A DNA stretch of 64,000 bases from assembly GCF_009914755.1 (NCBI RefSeq), contig NC_060942.1; one strand, 5' to 3'. Every line of letters begins with the position of its first letter. Position 1 is the stretch's first letter. The stretch is from the human T2T-CHM13v2.0 reference genome, Homo sapiens. The translations under genes and the position numbers were made by a program. The notes under the pieces are model-generated. The model did no database searches and was not told where the DNA came from. It saw only the letters and a list, made by a program, of their open reading frames with translations. Shown here piece after piece: positions 1 through 14,257 of this stretch.

Positions 1-99
1 ACAGGCAAATACCTTTATAAGCTAGGAAACAGGAAGATTGGAAAAAGCCTAACCATGACTGTGAGAGCTACATTCTTTATGTAGGCCCTGTTTTCTGTC

Positions 100-350
100 T
101 TTTCCAGCTTTTTAGAAGTTGCTATGTTCCTTGGTTCATGCCATAAGCCTCTGACTTCTTCCATGTTAACATTTCCCCTGGCTCTGACTTTCCTGCCTTC
201 CTCTTACAAGGACCTTTGGGATTAAATGAGCTCCTCATTTCAATATCCTTAACTTATTCATATCTGCAAAGTCCTTTTTGCTATGTAAAGTAACTAACTC
301 ACGGTTTCTGAGACACGGGTATCTTTAGGAGGCTACTATTCTGCCTACAT
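100..350 (-). mobile_element. MLT1-family MaLR LTR (old)
   Basis: Reverse-strand MLT1 hallmarks: CCTCTTACAAGGAC...TCCTTAACTTATTCATATCTGCAAAGTCC...ATTCTGCCTAC. Confidence 0.7.
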
Positions 351-1110
351 AGTCTTTCCTCTGACTCCCAAAGATTCACAGCCATCCCGCATGTGAAATA
401 TTTTCATCCCATTCCAAGGTTCACAAAAGTCCCTATCCATTACAGCATGAACTCAAAGTCCATACTTTCGTCTAAATCTCATCAACTCAGAGTCCCGAAT
501 CTCATGATCTAAATCAGAAGAGGGTGAAACTCTGGGTATGAGCCAGGGGCAAAATTTCTCTTCCTCCGTGGACCTATGGAAAACCAAAAAAGAAGTTATC
601 TGCTTCTAAAATACAATGGCAGAGGAAGGCAGGCATAGAGTAGCAGTTCCAAACATTTCCTTTTGAAAAGGGAGAAAATTGAAGGGAATAAAGACACATT
701 GTTCTCAGGTAATTTTGAAATATCACTGGGCAAACTCCATTAGGTTTCAAGGCCTTTAATTAATCCTCTGTGCTTTAACACTCTGCCCCGGGCTCAAAGC
801 CCCACCCTTAGGGTCACTCCTTATTTTATATGAAGGGCAGCATGTATTTTCCACTGAGTTGTTTTATCAGCTTATTTATTTCCTGAATGTAGCAATTCCA
901 ACAAGGGGGTTGACAGCCTTTGTTTATCGTGTCCTCTCTGTCCCTTTTGATCCAAGCTGGCAGTATTTCTGATGGTATAAAATTCTCAAATACCTTGTCT
1001 TCCACGTACGTCACAGGGATTCAGTTCATTAGATGAGAGGCTCCTCCACAGAGGTATCCTAGACAATCTCACCTGTATCGTGGCTTCTGTGGAGTTGACT
1101 TAGGGGTTCT
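351..1110 (-). mobile_element. MLT1 internal (MaLR-int) region abutting the LTR
   Basis: Continues directly from the LTR with MaLR-int-like motifs (CCAGGGGCAAAATTTCTC, AAGTTATCTGCTTCTAAAATACAATGG). Confidence 0.55.
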
Positions 1111-1129
1111 GTGAGTAACAAGCCTAACT

Positions 1130-2050
1130 ACAGATGTATTCAACAAGATAGATGAATCTCAAATGCATTATGGTGGGTGAAAGAAGCCAGGCTCATTTAT
1201 ATGACATCCTATAAAGGCAAAACTACAGGGATGGAGTACAGATTAGAGGTTGCCAAAGGTTGCAGTCAGGTGGGGGTGGGGAAGTTTGATTGAAACAGGC
1301 AGCACAAGGTAATTTGCAGGGAACAGTGTTGATAATAAAGAACAACTGGGCTCCCGGCTAAACTGCACTCTCGAGCTTGGAAACTTGGCCCTAAGTGAAA
1401 GCAGCTGACCCCATTTTTTCCACCCAAATGATTGCCTTTTTGGCCTGCCCACCCTGTATCCTGACCCCATAAAAACAAGACCAGCTGGCAGAAAAAATAA
1501 GGAAGAAAAAAGAGCAACACAATCTGCTGAGCCTTGGGCTGAGCAGTGAGCAGAGAAGCAACTGAACTTCAGGGACCTTATGTTTGCAGAGGGGAGCCGA
1601 GCCATATGTGGCTGGGCTTCAGAGAAAGAACACGTTCTTCCTGCACCAACCCCTTTCCAGCTCCCCTTCCACCGAGAGCCACTTTCACTGCTCAATAAAT
1701 TCTTCTGAATTCATCATCTTTCCAACAGTTCGTGTGACCTGATTCTTCCTGGACTCCAAACAAGAACTCAGGTGTCAAACAGGGCAGGTTCAGGAGGCTG
1801 ACACCCTGATCCTTTACTGAGCTGTTAACACTTAGCCATCCACAGACTGCAGGCTGAGTGAAATGAGCCACTCTAGTTCCTGCCCAAAAAGGAGGTAAAG
1901 GTCAAAGGGAGATATTCCCATCTTATTGATGGAACTGTTCTGTGTCTTGTTTTGGTGCTTATACAACTCTTATGCATTTGTCAAAACTCATAGAGCTGAA
2001 GATCACAAAGAGTGATATCTACTCTATACAAATTAAAAATAAGTTATAAA
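1130..2050 (+). mobile_element. Old L1M 3' end, split by an LTR at ~1330-1925
   Basis: GATGAATCTCAAATGCATTATG...GAAAGAAGCCAG...AAAGGCAAAACTA; resumes at GATGGAACTGTTCTG...TTTGTCAAAACTCATAGA. Confidence 0.65.
1330..1925 (+). mobile_element. ERV1 solo LTR, MER50-like
   Basis: GAGAGCCACTTTCACTGCTCAATAAA (polyA signal)...GTGTGACCTGATTCTTCCTGGA...ACTGAGCTGTTAACACTTAGCC resembles recalled MER50 consensus. Confidence 0.6.
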
Positions 2051-4269
2051 ACAATAGGAGACAGAAGAAGTAGAAGGAAGAAAATTTAGACCTCATTAGT
2101 TGACTTCACATTCTTGTGAAAGATCCAGAATGGAAGTGAATATAAGAGAAAAATAAACTATTTCTCTCAGGAAAATACAATTTGTAAATACCCCTTTTCT
2201 TTCTCTACCTATTTCATGCTTTGTAAGGAAGGCAGATTCTGTAGAGGAGGCTCAGCACCCATGTTAAAAGCATCCTACAATGACCTCAGCTTTAAAGCTG
2301 AGCTTTCATTTCTAATGCTTTAAAATAGAATTCCACAAAGCTAGGGTTTCACTCTCCGTTTAAAGTTTACAGCATTTGCTGACCTTTAATTCATTAATAA
2401 TGGAATAATTTGGATACTACACTATAAGTTACTTGAGGATAAGATCTAGTTCTGCCTCACTTTGCTTTTCTCAAACTTCCTATCACAATCCCTTGCTAAT
2501 ACTGCAGGCCCTACATAGAGCTACATTTACTAAATACATCTGTCAACAAACATTCTCTCTTAGAAATGCAAATGCCCTACAGGCTTTGAGGTTTTTTTAT
2601 TGTTGTTGTTAATACTGCCTTATATTTCTTATATTTTCTATAGTAAACATAAATTACTTTTATAATTAGAAAAAAGCAATAAAAGTTATTTTGCAAACGC
2701 AAACACATCTGGGAGGGTTGTTTCAACCTTATTGCTTTTCTTGAAAGAATTGACTTATGTTGCACAGAGGGAGTGAGTTTTGACTTGGAAGGGGTAAAAT
2801 AAGTCATTTGACAACAAGGACTACTTTTGGGATGGGGCTTATAGCAGCTGGAGAGCACCAGAGGTTTGATGGGAGGTGAGCGAAGATGCAGAAAGGGAGG
2901 TGGAGGGAATAGGTTAGGTCTGAAATAAATGTAATATTGTCAAAGCTTTTTTCTGATACCACTACATTAATAATAATAGGAAGAAGTAATTTTGCCTTTT
3001 TCTCTTCCATCCAGACTGACTTGATTCTTGAGAGCAGGAATCCAGAAAACCTCATATTTGCTAAATGTTTTTCACTCCAAAGTACGGAAGCTAATGTCAG
3101 TTGGTGGCAAAGTTCTTCAGATCAGCAGGGAAATTAGAAAAATAAGAACAGTGTAGGCAGTTTTACATAGAGCTGTTTGGTCATTTAAAAATTTTTGATA
3201 TAATCTCCTCTCTAATTTTTCTGTTAGAGTATTCTTTACCTTATGGAGTGATAATGATAGAGGAGCTCAATTATTCGTTAAAGACTTTTCAAGTCCTTAA
3301 AATCTAAATCTGGGCTTTACCCATTAGGCTGTAAGCTCCATGATTACCACCATGGAGTGTGTTTTAGTCTTTACCTCCTACTTTCATATGCCTGTGCCTA
3401 GCACTGTGTCCAGCACATAATGATATAAAACAGTATCTGTTGATTCTCTGACTATGGTAATTCAGCTACATTATGTCCTGTTTGTATTTCTGAATTAGAT
3501 TGGAATCTAATCCCATTGAATAACTCTTCAGGTTATGCATTCCAAGTTGACAGAAAGTTCCTAAACAATATGTTCTCTTGTTATAAATTTCAAACATAAC
3601 TCTGTCATATCCCATTTGGTGTAATTCTGACAAAAATATACACTAGTTTGTTCACTTATTAGTAGTCTGTTACCTTTCAACAAAATGAAAACTTCTGTGA
3701 GTTTAGTACAGAGCCTGACACATAGAAAGTGTCTTATCTTTTTTTGTTGAATGAATCACTGTGTTAACTCTATCATCTGCCCAGTGACGATGTCTTGGTT
3801 ATATTATGCCCCATGGTGGTAGGCACATCTGGCATTGTGTAATCACATTTTTAGCCTTCTCTGCCACCATTCCATGTTATGTGCTACTGGGACATTAAAC
3901 TCTCAGAGATGGTATCTTGGCTGGGTGTTAAAAAGATAGGTCTAAATTTTCCAGGTGTGAGTATAGAGGGATTGAAGGAGGAAGTATGGGAGGAAAAAGA
4001 GGGAACTATGTACCAAATAGAACAGCACATTATTTCAGGCTCAGAATGACAGAATTTTTCTCTGTCTTGAAATATTCATACTTCTTCAGATGCCCCTAAA
4101 CAAAATAACTTACTGTGATTTCTTGTATTCATGTTGACCTCTTAAGTGGACTAAATCCTTTAGGAGGTTGAGACTACCTGTTATTTACCTTTGGTTTTAT
4201 AGAATCTTGTCCAAAGAAGCACCCAATGAATATTAATTAAATAAATGTCTAAATGTAAAATCTTTCTAA

Positions 4270-4490
4270 TAATAACAGTAAAGTATTTCTGTATCACTTT
4301 ATAGTTTACAAAGACTATTGTTAGATTCATAAAACTGTTGAGGTAGGTAGAGGAGGTCCTTATCCCCATTTTTCTAGTAAGGAAACTGAAGTTCACAGAA
4401 TTGAACATAGTCCAAGATCATGAAACCAGAGTATGGTTAAGCTAAGACTTAAATCTAGGTCTCCTTACTTCAAAGCCAATGTTCTTGGTA
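4270..4490 (-). mobile_element. MIR SINE
   Basis: MIR core CCCCATTTTTCTAGTAAGGAAACTGAAGTTCACAGAA...CCAAGATCA. Confidence 0.65.
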
Positions 4491-5205
4491 TTCACCCATA
4501 CATTCTTTTGTTCTTTCCTTCAATGAATATTTACCAAATAGCACATTTTCCTTGATTCTTACATTTCCAAGCACAGGATAGGGTACACATAGAGAAGTTA
4601 AGGAATGTAAGAGCTCTCAAAAGGACATACCAGGTTGAGATCAGCAATGATATCTGGGGGTACTTGGAGCTAGTGAGGGGAAAGAGCAGGCTGGGAAGTA
4701 AAAACTGATAATAGCCTAATTCTAAGTTGAGTAGGGAAGGTTTAGTCCCAGGGAAATCATTTTAGGGAAAAAAAAGGGGGTAAAAAAAGAATAGGGATAA
4801 ATGCAATACACATTCTGGATACAATTTATGAGTCCAATCTGTATGCACAGTCTGGATACAGATTTGTATGGAGGCAAGACTCAATACAAGGATCTGCACC
4901 ATCTGGAGACAGAGCTGATCTTGAGCCAGCAGTGAGTAGAAATACTTTCTCAGAGGACCAGAGATCTTTCAGATGGGGTTGCAAAGAGAGTCTTCATAAG
5001 GTTTTTTCTTGCACATACGTAGATATGCCATTGATTTGGGGATGACCTGTGTTTATTTCTACACTAAGGCTGCAAAGTAAATCAGTTTAGTTTGTGAAGG
5101 TTCTCATAGACCCTCTTTCTGAGAATCACGTATCAATAATGTTAGTGACAATATTCAGATTTAGCGCATCAAGTCAATGGGTCTAAATGCAGATTATGGA
5201 ACAGC

Positions 5206-5335
5206 TTTTCCATATTGGCAATTCAGCAGGTACACAAAGTGCCACGCCCTGATGACTTGCTGCCAAAATGTTTTCCATGTTGGGAATTCAGCAGGAATAC
5301 AGAGCACCACAGCCTGAGGACCTGCTGCTAAAATG
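5206..5335. repeat. Two-copy 65-bp tandem duplication (53/65 identical)
   Basis: Units 5206-5270 and 5271-5335, TTTTCCAT..AATTCAGCAGG...GCTGC.AAAATG; 12 mismatches, no indels. Confidence 0.9.
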
Positions 5336-6461
5336 TTTATTGTCATTTAGGGACAGTTATTCCCCACATTCATAACATATTCTACTTTAAGAGCTGATTA
5401 TAAAATTCAATTTTAAGAATGTATTTAATAAAAGTGTTACTCTTGATTTTGCTTGAGTTTGAGGGAAAAAAACTAATAACAACACTAGACAAATGTCAGC
5501 ATTGTGATATATAATTAAATTATGTATCACCCAAAGAGAAATCTGTTTTCTTTCTCTTTGACTCTTCAGCTGAAATATGTGCAAATTTTGTTCTGCAGTT
5601 TCCATTCCATTTAGTGTCTGTAAATCTGTCCGAACCCATTTGCTTGCTCCCGAACTCCACATTCCATTTTCCTTTACTTGGGAGGGGGTCTGTTAATGAG
5701 AGGATGGCAAACTGGGATCCCTAGACAATGTGTAATCAAGATGTGTGCTCAGACTTCCACTATTTTTAACGCTGTGTAAAGACATGTTCCTCTGATGAGT
5801 CAACATTATGATCCACTAATTGAAGCCTGAAAGCAGAATGAAATTAATGCCTCATAAAAACACAGTGTCAGGCCTGGACAGAGAGGGGTGTCACACAGTG
5901 TACGAATTTCATAATGCATCAGAGGGGCAAAAAAGGAGCAATTTCCATTAAAAAAAAAAACTCATCCCCTCAGAACTACAGAAACTGCCATGACTAGACA
6001 TCTTTTCCTTTCTAAAGGCTTCATAAAAACTGTGATGAAAAATGAACCATTTTTAGAAATCCCTAACCTCTGGAAAGACTAAGGTTGCCAAGCTTTTACC
6101 TAATGGCTTTGTCATTTCCAGCCTCTCCAGCTTCCTCTGCAAATGCATTTTCTTGTTGATGGAAAGCCTCCTGCCCTTGCCTGTTAGTATTTATTTGGTT
6201 GATGTGGGATTGAAATTTCTATGACTGTTATCTGATCCTAGATAGATCTTTAAACCCCATGTAATGGAAACTTTTAATAAAGCAGTGATTCTCTAGGTTT
6301 ATTCATTCCCTCACTACTGCTGAGAATTCATTCTAGTGAATATTAATAATGGGTATATTTCATAATTATTAGGCTTGTTCAGTTACAAAAAAGACAATGA
6401 GAACTACTGATTCAAATATAAAGGAGGAAGCCATTGTATTTGAAGCAGTAGACTGGCTTGG

Positions 6462-7268
6462 TATAAAGGGCGTTTCAGGAAAAAACTCACTGTTTTTCCT
6501 CTACTCTTACACCACAATGACAATCAACACAGAAGACATCTGTGACCCAATGTGGGAGATTCCTCCCACACAACAAGTAGCAGACACCAGCTGGGTGTCC
6601 TCTAATTCAATTTCATCACTATCTACCTGAAGATAGCATCACATATCACAAGGTGAGGGCTCAGTCCTCAAAACTGCCGCTGTCCCGCATCAATTCCAAG
6701 TCTCAGCCTCCAGAACTTCTGACTGACTGGCTTCAAGTTGGGGTTCCTGTGATACCCACTTGTGGTTTGAGTAATTAGCTGGAGCAGTTCAAAGAATTCA
6801 GGAAAACACTTACTTATGTTTACTGGGTTTATTATAAAGGATATTACAAATGATACAGATGAAGAGCTGTGTAAGGTGAGGTATTGGAAAAGAAGTGCAG
6901 GGCTTCCATGCCCTCCCTGGGTGCATCACCCTCCAGAAACCTCCACGTGTTCAGATATCCAGAAGCTCTCTGAACCCAGTCCTCCTGGGTTTTATGGAAG
7001 CTTCATGACATCAGCATTCCTTCCCCCAGGGTATGCGGCCGTACCCTCTCTGGAATGAGAGTCTAAGATCCACAATTAGAAAGGTTGAGGAAGAATAGAA
7101 TCCTGCCTTGGAGCAGGTAAGAGGAAGGAAGGAAAATGTCAGAGAGATTCTGTTTCCACTTCTCAGGCCTAACACAGCCAACTTTATAACAAAAGACTGT
7201 AACAAGGGCTATGGGAGTTATAAGCCAGGAACCGTGGACCAAACCAATACACGTACCGTAACACCACA
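6462..7268 (-). mobile_element. MER21-like solo LTR
   Basis: Reverse complement starts TGTGGTG...GGTTCCTGGCTTATAACTCCC; internal CAGACACCAGCTGGGTGTCCTCTAATTCAATT and GGCTTCAAGTTGGGGTTCC. Confidence 0.7.
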
Positions 7269-8801
7269 ATGGGAAAAGGAAAAGTGAGACAAATGAATGG
7301 AGACATTCAAATCCTTCTGAGCACCTGCTGAAAGTATACTCTTTGAGGAGATGAGTACTAACCAGTACTAAAGGAGCTAGGCGCATTGATGGGAAATGAT
7401 TATAGAGCATGGTCAAGGTCTTTAAAAAACTTATGTAGCTGTTGGAATGATGAGAACAGAGAAAAATCTAAGATCCTGATTAGCTGTGTGTCTTGACCAG
7501 GTAGCCACACCCCTCAGTTCTCAGTTGTATACCAGATGATCTCTAAGAAAGTAACATTCTGACATTTTACTATATTTTATGAGCATGCTGACTTTGCATA
7601 TATATAATTTTTTCCTGTTCCATTTGCTAAGCAAAATGGAAGTTACCTCCAGGTAAAACTGAAAAGGCTGCTTTAGATCCTAAAGGACCATATGTTCCAC
7701 TTAATTCAAAAGAATAAGCACTTATTGAGTGTCTACTATGCACCTGGCTAGAAGTATATTAAGGACTCTAAGAGGATTCAGAAAAAAATTATAGCCCAAT
7801 CTGTTTTGATTAAGAACTAACAATGTAATTGTGATAAAAGAAAAATAGTTGAAGAAGACTGTGAGTTTCTAATAAGATTCTGAATTAAATATTATGTAAT
7901 CAAGCTACAATTAGTTCATCCACTGGAAATCTTTTTAGAGGTTCATTGGCCATCCTTTAGACTTATAGTAAAGGTGTTTCTTGACCACTGTTTATTTAGC
8001 AAGTCGAAAGTGCTAAAACCTGAAGTCAGGGATCACAGGGAGTCATGGGTGGGCAAGACTGGGTTTCCCACAGTACCTAAAGTACTTGTGAATACAGCCA
8101 ATACATGTATTTATCTTATTGGTTAAGCCCACTTTAACATTCTTTTTTCATTCATCCTCAACTCTATGTCTGCCTCCCCTATCTCAGCCCCAGGTGAGGA
8201 CATCTGTTAGAAATTCTACATTAAAACATAAGTAGCAACTTGATAACAGAAGTTCTGTCATTTAGCCTCAGATATATTCATCCAATTAAGGGCTCAACTT
8301 GCTCACACCTTGCTTACATGTTATTTATAGAAATGGTACTATTTGCAATACAAAAATTGCAAAGTAGAGAGAAGGAGGTTGAATTTTTAAAGAGTAACTT
8401 ATTTTTCTTAGAATTGCAATGGAACTAGTCCTTTCATTAATGTCAGATATGCATAAGCATCTCCATGTGGAAAAAAATTGTGGAAATCTCTTTCAGAATG
8501 TAATTGGGGAAATCCTCAAGTCAGATGCTTAGGCTAAATCCCGGTTCTTAGAAAATGAACCAAAGAGAATGTGAAATTCTCTTTTTTCCTGACACACTGA
8601 AAGTATCAGGTATGCCGGTGGGGGTGGGGGGGTGAGAGGGGATTAATGCATATGATAACCTACTTCTGTCACTCTCCTATAAAATAAGACTGTCCTATGC
8701 CATTCAATAAAAATGTGTGTGCAGAACACCCAAGAATTAAGAAAGGCTTCTTATACTAGCAATCGATACATCCCTTAGGAAATAGCCTATTCTAGTTGAA
8801 C

Positions 8802-9596
8802 TGGAGTTGCCCAGTGGGTTCTTCTTGCCTGCTGCACAGACAAAACCAATTCACAGAGACAGTAGTATTGCAGTAGAGAATGATTTTAATAATCACAGGG
8901 CTAGCCAAGGAGAAGGTTGGGAGAAACTACTCAAATTAGCCTCCCTGAGAACTCAGAGGTTAGGGTTTCTATGGATAATTTGCCAGGCAGGGAGCTAGGA
9001 AATGGGTACTGATTGTTTGGGGTTAAAATCATAGGGGTATGAAAAGTAGTCCTCACATGCTCAGTCAGCCTCTGGGTGGGGGGCCACAGAACTGACTGAT
9101 TCAATCACAAGTCATGGATCTGGGAGGAGTTAGTCTCTGGAACACAAAAGTCTGATAAATATCTCAAAAAACCAATCTTAGATTTTATAATAGTGATATT
9201 ATCCATAGGAACAACTGGGGGAGTCACAAATCTTGTGATCTCTGGCCACAAGACTCCTTAGCAGTAAGAGACTGCAGGAAAGCAAGCTAAGGAACAAGGG
9301 CTGGTTATTATTAAACATCTTAGCAGAATTCAGGTCCTTCCCATAATCGTAGTCTCCTGGTCTTTCATGAGTCCTACAAAGGCGGTTTCAGTACCTAAAG
9401 AAGGAGGGAGTCAGTTTTAGGGAGGGGCTAGTATCATCCTTGCTTCAAAGGTAAACTATAAACTAAATTCCTCCCAAGTTAGGTTGGCCTACACCCACAA
9501 ATGAAGGAAGACAGCCAGCCTGTGAGGCTAGAAGCAGGATGGAGTCAGCCATGCTCAGCTTCTCCTGCTGTCATAATATTTGCAAAGGCAGTTTCC
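8802..9596 (-). mobile_element. LTR8/MER4-group ERV1 solo LTR
   Basis: Reverse complement begins (G)GAAACTGCCTTTGCAAATATTATGAC and ends GCAGGCAAGAAGAACCCACTGGGC; flanked by GAAC direct repeat. Confidence 0.7.
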
Positions 9597-9699
9597 GAAC
9601 TGGAGGAGCCACAAAGAAAGATTTTATAGATGAGTATTACAGGCAAGAGAGAGTAGTGACTGACCTAAGGAGCAGTGTAACTGACTTTGAGATACACCC

Positions 9700-10232
9700 T
9701 TATACTCTCTGAATTTAGCTGGTCCTACTTGCTACCCTCAGCGGAGCAACTTTATGTGATTTTTTTCCACAAGAGATACTTTCAAGAAGACTAAGTCTAT
9801 AAGTTGGACCAGACCATTGCAATTGTTTCTGTACTGAATTTGATCTAAAAAAACACAGAAAAAGTGGTCAGTTATTTCTTAAACTGAAAGGACAATTACA
9901 GTCAGGGCTGGAGTCAACACCATTCCATGGAGATGCATGCAAGCATAAGTTTTGAGGGAGCAGAAAACACAGAAGTAGATGATGTGGGGCTGAAGAGGGG
10001 GGAACCTAGCATATATAGGGAGGGACATGTACACTAGTTAGTAACAAGGAACAAGAGTAAGAGATGGAGGGAGAGCACCCTGACTCAGTTCCTAACTTTC
10101 CTGTTCTCAATTTCAAGTCATGTGCAGCCTGGCTATGCTTAATTTTGGGGTAATGTTGTCACTTGTTTTCAATAACCATATCCCATGACTTTGCTTTTGC
10201 TAGTCTGATTAGGTTATTGTCCTTGCAACCTG
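9700..10232 (+). mobile_element. Highly diverged MLT1-type LTR
   Basis: 3' end GCTAGTCTGATTAGGTTATTGTCCTTGCAACC resembles old MLT1 termini; 5' boundary uncertain. Confidence 0.4.
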
Positions 10233-10673
10233 ACTACATGTCTAGAAAAAGACACAGTGAATTAGGAACAGAGTTAGAAGTTAAAACTTCAACAAGGCCT
10301 CTACGCTCCAGACCAGTGGGATGCCGTTTTACCCATGGCATCCCACTGCCAGCTGACCAACCACAGTGCCTAGGCTAATATCCCTTTATCCAAGGTTTTA
10401 TTTGGTTGTTTCCTAGCACTTAGTAAATACAATTTTGCAACGGAATTAAAAATCTAAAAAAACACACACACAAAAATACAAAAAACAAACCCCGCAAAAC
10501 CACACAAACTCATAGAGGGCTTAAATGATACATATAAGAAAATAGTATCTGGACACTCATTTCCTCAAATGTTAGGCTAATTTTTAATAATTTCAAATCT
10601 TAGGAGCAGTACTGCATTTTGTTACTCTGCTAAACTGCTGGATGTGTTTTTTAATCTATAAATTATTTAAACC

Positions 10674-11475
<802 letters not shown>

Positions 11476-11479
11476 CAGT

Positions 11480-13760
11480 GTGTCTTATAAGGAAAGTCTG
11501 GTAAAAACCAAAACAAAAAACAAACAAAAAAAACCCTTCCCTCTGTGTTTGTTTATCTGAGATGTCTTCATTTCACTTTAATTTTTGAAAGATAGTTTTG
11601 CTGGATTAATATTCTTGGATAAGAGGGTATTGTTTTGTTTTGTTTCTTTCACCACCTAAATTATCATCCCAGTGCTTCTAGCCTCCATTGTCTTCAGTGG
11701 CAAATCAGTTGTTAAATGTACTCAGATGCTTTTTATGGGAGGAATAGCTTTTTCATGCAGCTTTCAAAATTTTTCTCTCTGGCTTTCAGCATTTTGTTAT
11801 GATGTGTTGCAGAGTGGGTCTGTTTACATTTTGCTTACTTGGAGTTAAACTTTTGGATGTGTAGATTAATTTTAGACATTATTTCTTTGAAAATGTTTTC
11901 TACTTGTTTCTCTCACCATCTCCTTCTAATACTGCCAGTGCTTCTATGTTAGTGCACCCAATGGTGTTCCACATTTTTCTTAAGCTCCATTTCTTTTTCC
12001 TTTATTCTATCTGTTCTTCAGATTGCATAATGTCTATCAATCTGTCTTCAAGTTCTTAGTTATTTTCTTCTTCCAGTTCGGATCTACTTCTGATCCATTT
12101 AACAACTATTTTTATTCAGTTACTGTACTTTTCAACTCTAGAATTTCCATTTGGTTGTGTTTTATTTTTATAATTTTTATCTTTGTAGTGCTTTTTTCTA
12201 TTTGGTGAAGAATTATCATCATACTTCTTTAAACATGGTTTTTTTTAGTTCATTGAATATGTTGATTACAAATTCTTTAAAGTCTATGTCTGCTAAGTTC
12301 ATCATCTGGGCCCTCTTAAAGTCTGTTTTTATTGCCTATTTTTTCCCCTGTGTATGGGTAACAGCTTAGTATTTCTCTAGAGTGAACACCACTCCACAGT
12401 GTTGAAAACTCATTTTTGTTGAAAACTGTACATTTTAGGTAATATATTGTAACAACCTTAGATACTGATCCCTTTCTACTTGGAGCTTCTTTTTGTTTTT
12501 GTTCACTTAATACTTTAGTGGGTTGACTGAAATATTTTAGGGAAGTATATTTCCTCCATTGTGTGAAGTCTCTGATGTCACCTTTTGGAAGGCATATCCA
12601 TGAGTATTTGGTCACCCTTGGATGATAGTTGTTTTAGCAGGCCTCTCTTTAACTGACACTTTCCGTGATAATTCTCTTAATTCCTCTAACTCTATCAGTG
12701 TGACACCAGCTATTAGATTCTGCTAATTTATGAACAATTTCTCTATTGTCTTCAACAATGCTCTGTGTCATAAATTGCTCCACAGTCTTATCCAGCTAAA
12801 TTCAGAGACCTTTTCAGGTCTGGGTTTTTTAAAAAATGCCAGTCTTTGAGATTTGTTCTGATCCCAGGAGTTCACTTCTTAGCTGTGTCTTTCCCTGATT
12901 CTCTCTGGTAAACTGGTCTATGCATTAGGTTATTGCTCTCACAAAGCTATCAACTTCTTAATTGTATACCACCAAAATCCAGTTTTTTCTTGAGAGCATC
13001 CTTAGGTTTTAACTTCCCTATATGCTTTTCCAAATAAAGTCCATTTTTGGGGGAGAGACACTTACACCCCTTTATTTTCACGGACTTTTCTCCTGATCAA
13101 AATCTCTGAGCCACTCCTTAGATGGACATAGGGACTGTAGCCTGCTTCTTGGGACACCCTGTTTTAGAAGGAGGGTGTTGGGTGGGGCCAGTAGCCTCTA
13201 ATCTGTTTTGTTTGTCTCTAACGGATGAAACTTCGACCCTATGAATGAACTAAAATGAGGCAATCAGGGCCTCAGTATTGTCTTCTGAGCCTGTTTTAAG
13301 CCTTCTACTGTATGAATGAATGGTGGGAGCCCCAGCCTCTCAGCCACACTTGCCAGGAACTTAGCTTCTGAAAGTTGGAGGCAGTTGGAAGGGTGGTGAG
13401 AAATGTTGATTGTGTGCTTCTCCTGGAAGGCGTTGTTTCCCTTGGTTAAGAGCTTAAGGGATCTGGAGCCCGATCTTCTGGGTCACACCAAACCAGAATG
13501 GAGCTTCTGTTATGTTGAGCTGAAGAAGGAGAGTGGGTTTGCAATAGAAGTACCACAGACACCAGCTGTTATTAGCAAAATTTAATAGATTTTTGTCCAT
13601 CAATGTTTACTTATCATAATTTACAGGCCAATTGTCATAACCAATTTATAATGATTTGTTCAAGAGTTTTTAAAATAATTTTCACCTGTTACGGTTATTT
13701 TAATTGGGAGTGGGTTGTCAAGGCTCTTCACACTGCTATTCCAGAAGTAGAACTCCAATG
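11480..13760 (-). mobile_element. Old L1M ORF1/5' region fragment
   Basis: T-rich, with L1M motifs TTTGAAAGATAGTTTTGCTGG, GTTCTTCAGATTGCATAAT, GTACTTTTCAACTCTAGAATTTCCATTTGG. Confidence 0.65.
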
Positions 13761-14257
13761 AGTTCTTTTTTAATATTTCACAGTTTCACATAATTTTCTA
13801 TAATTTCTATCATGACTATGTATTACTTGCATTATCAGATACAGTAAAGAAAAACAAGGTCAAATATTTCAGAAAAAAATAATTTTTCAAAAATAGGGGA
13901 AAGTAATGTTTAGTAGATTTTCAGAGGTTATTTCTTTATTGAATAGAAACAAATCTTTTGTATTTGAAATTCCAATTATTTTCATACAAACAGATGCATC
14001 TAATCAGCTTAAAGACATATGAAAAGAATTGGTTCTCTTAAATATTCTCACTCTTCTTTTGCAATCAATTCTTATACCAACTTTGCAGCTTTGGGTCTTG
14101 CCCCTGTCTAAAGTAGAATGCAAGTTATTTTCTCCATTCTGTCTAGACTGAGAATTCTTGAGTCTCCACAGTTTTCCTGCTCATGTTTGGACTTCATGGT
14201 ATTCATCATACTGTTTACTTGAAATAACATTAATTCAGAATTAATTTGTGTCAAAAC

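Noticed and set aside
1243-1695. 150-aa ORF, joint longest in the track
   Set aside because: Antisense to a MER50-like LTR and L1 relic; no recognisable domain
5206-5335. CRISPR-like repeat array
   Set aside because: Only two contiguous units, no spacers, no cas genes, eukaryotic context
8617-8641. G-quadruplex candidate (G5-T-G7-TGAGA-G4)
   Set aside because: Can be drawn as a G4 but is isolated with no promoter context; such tracts are common
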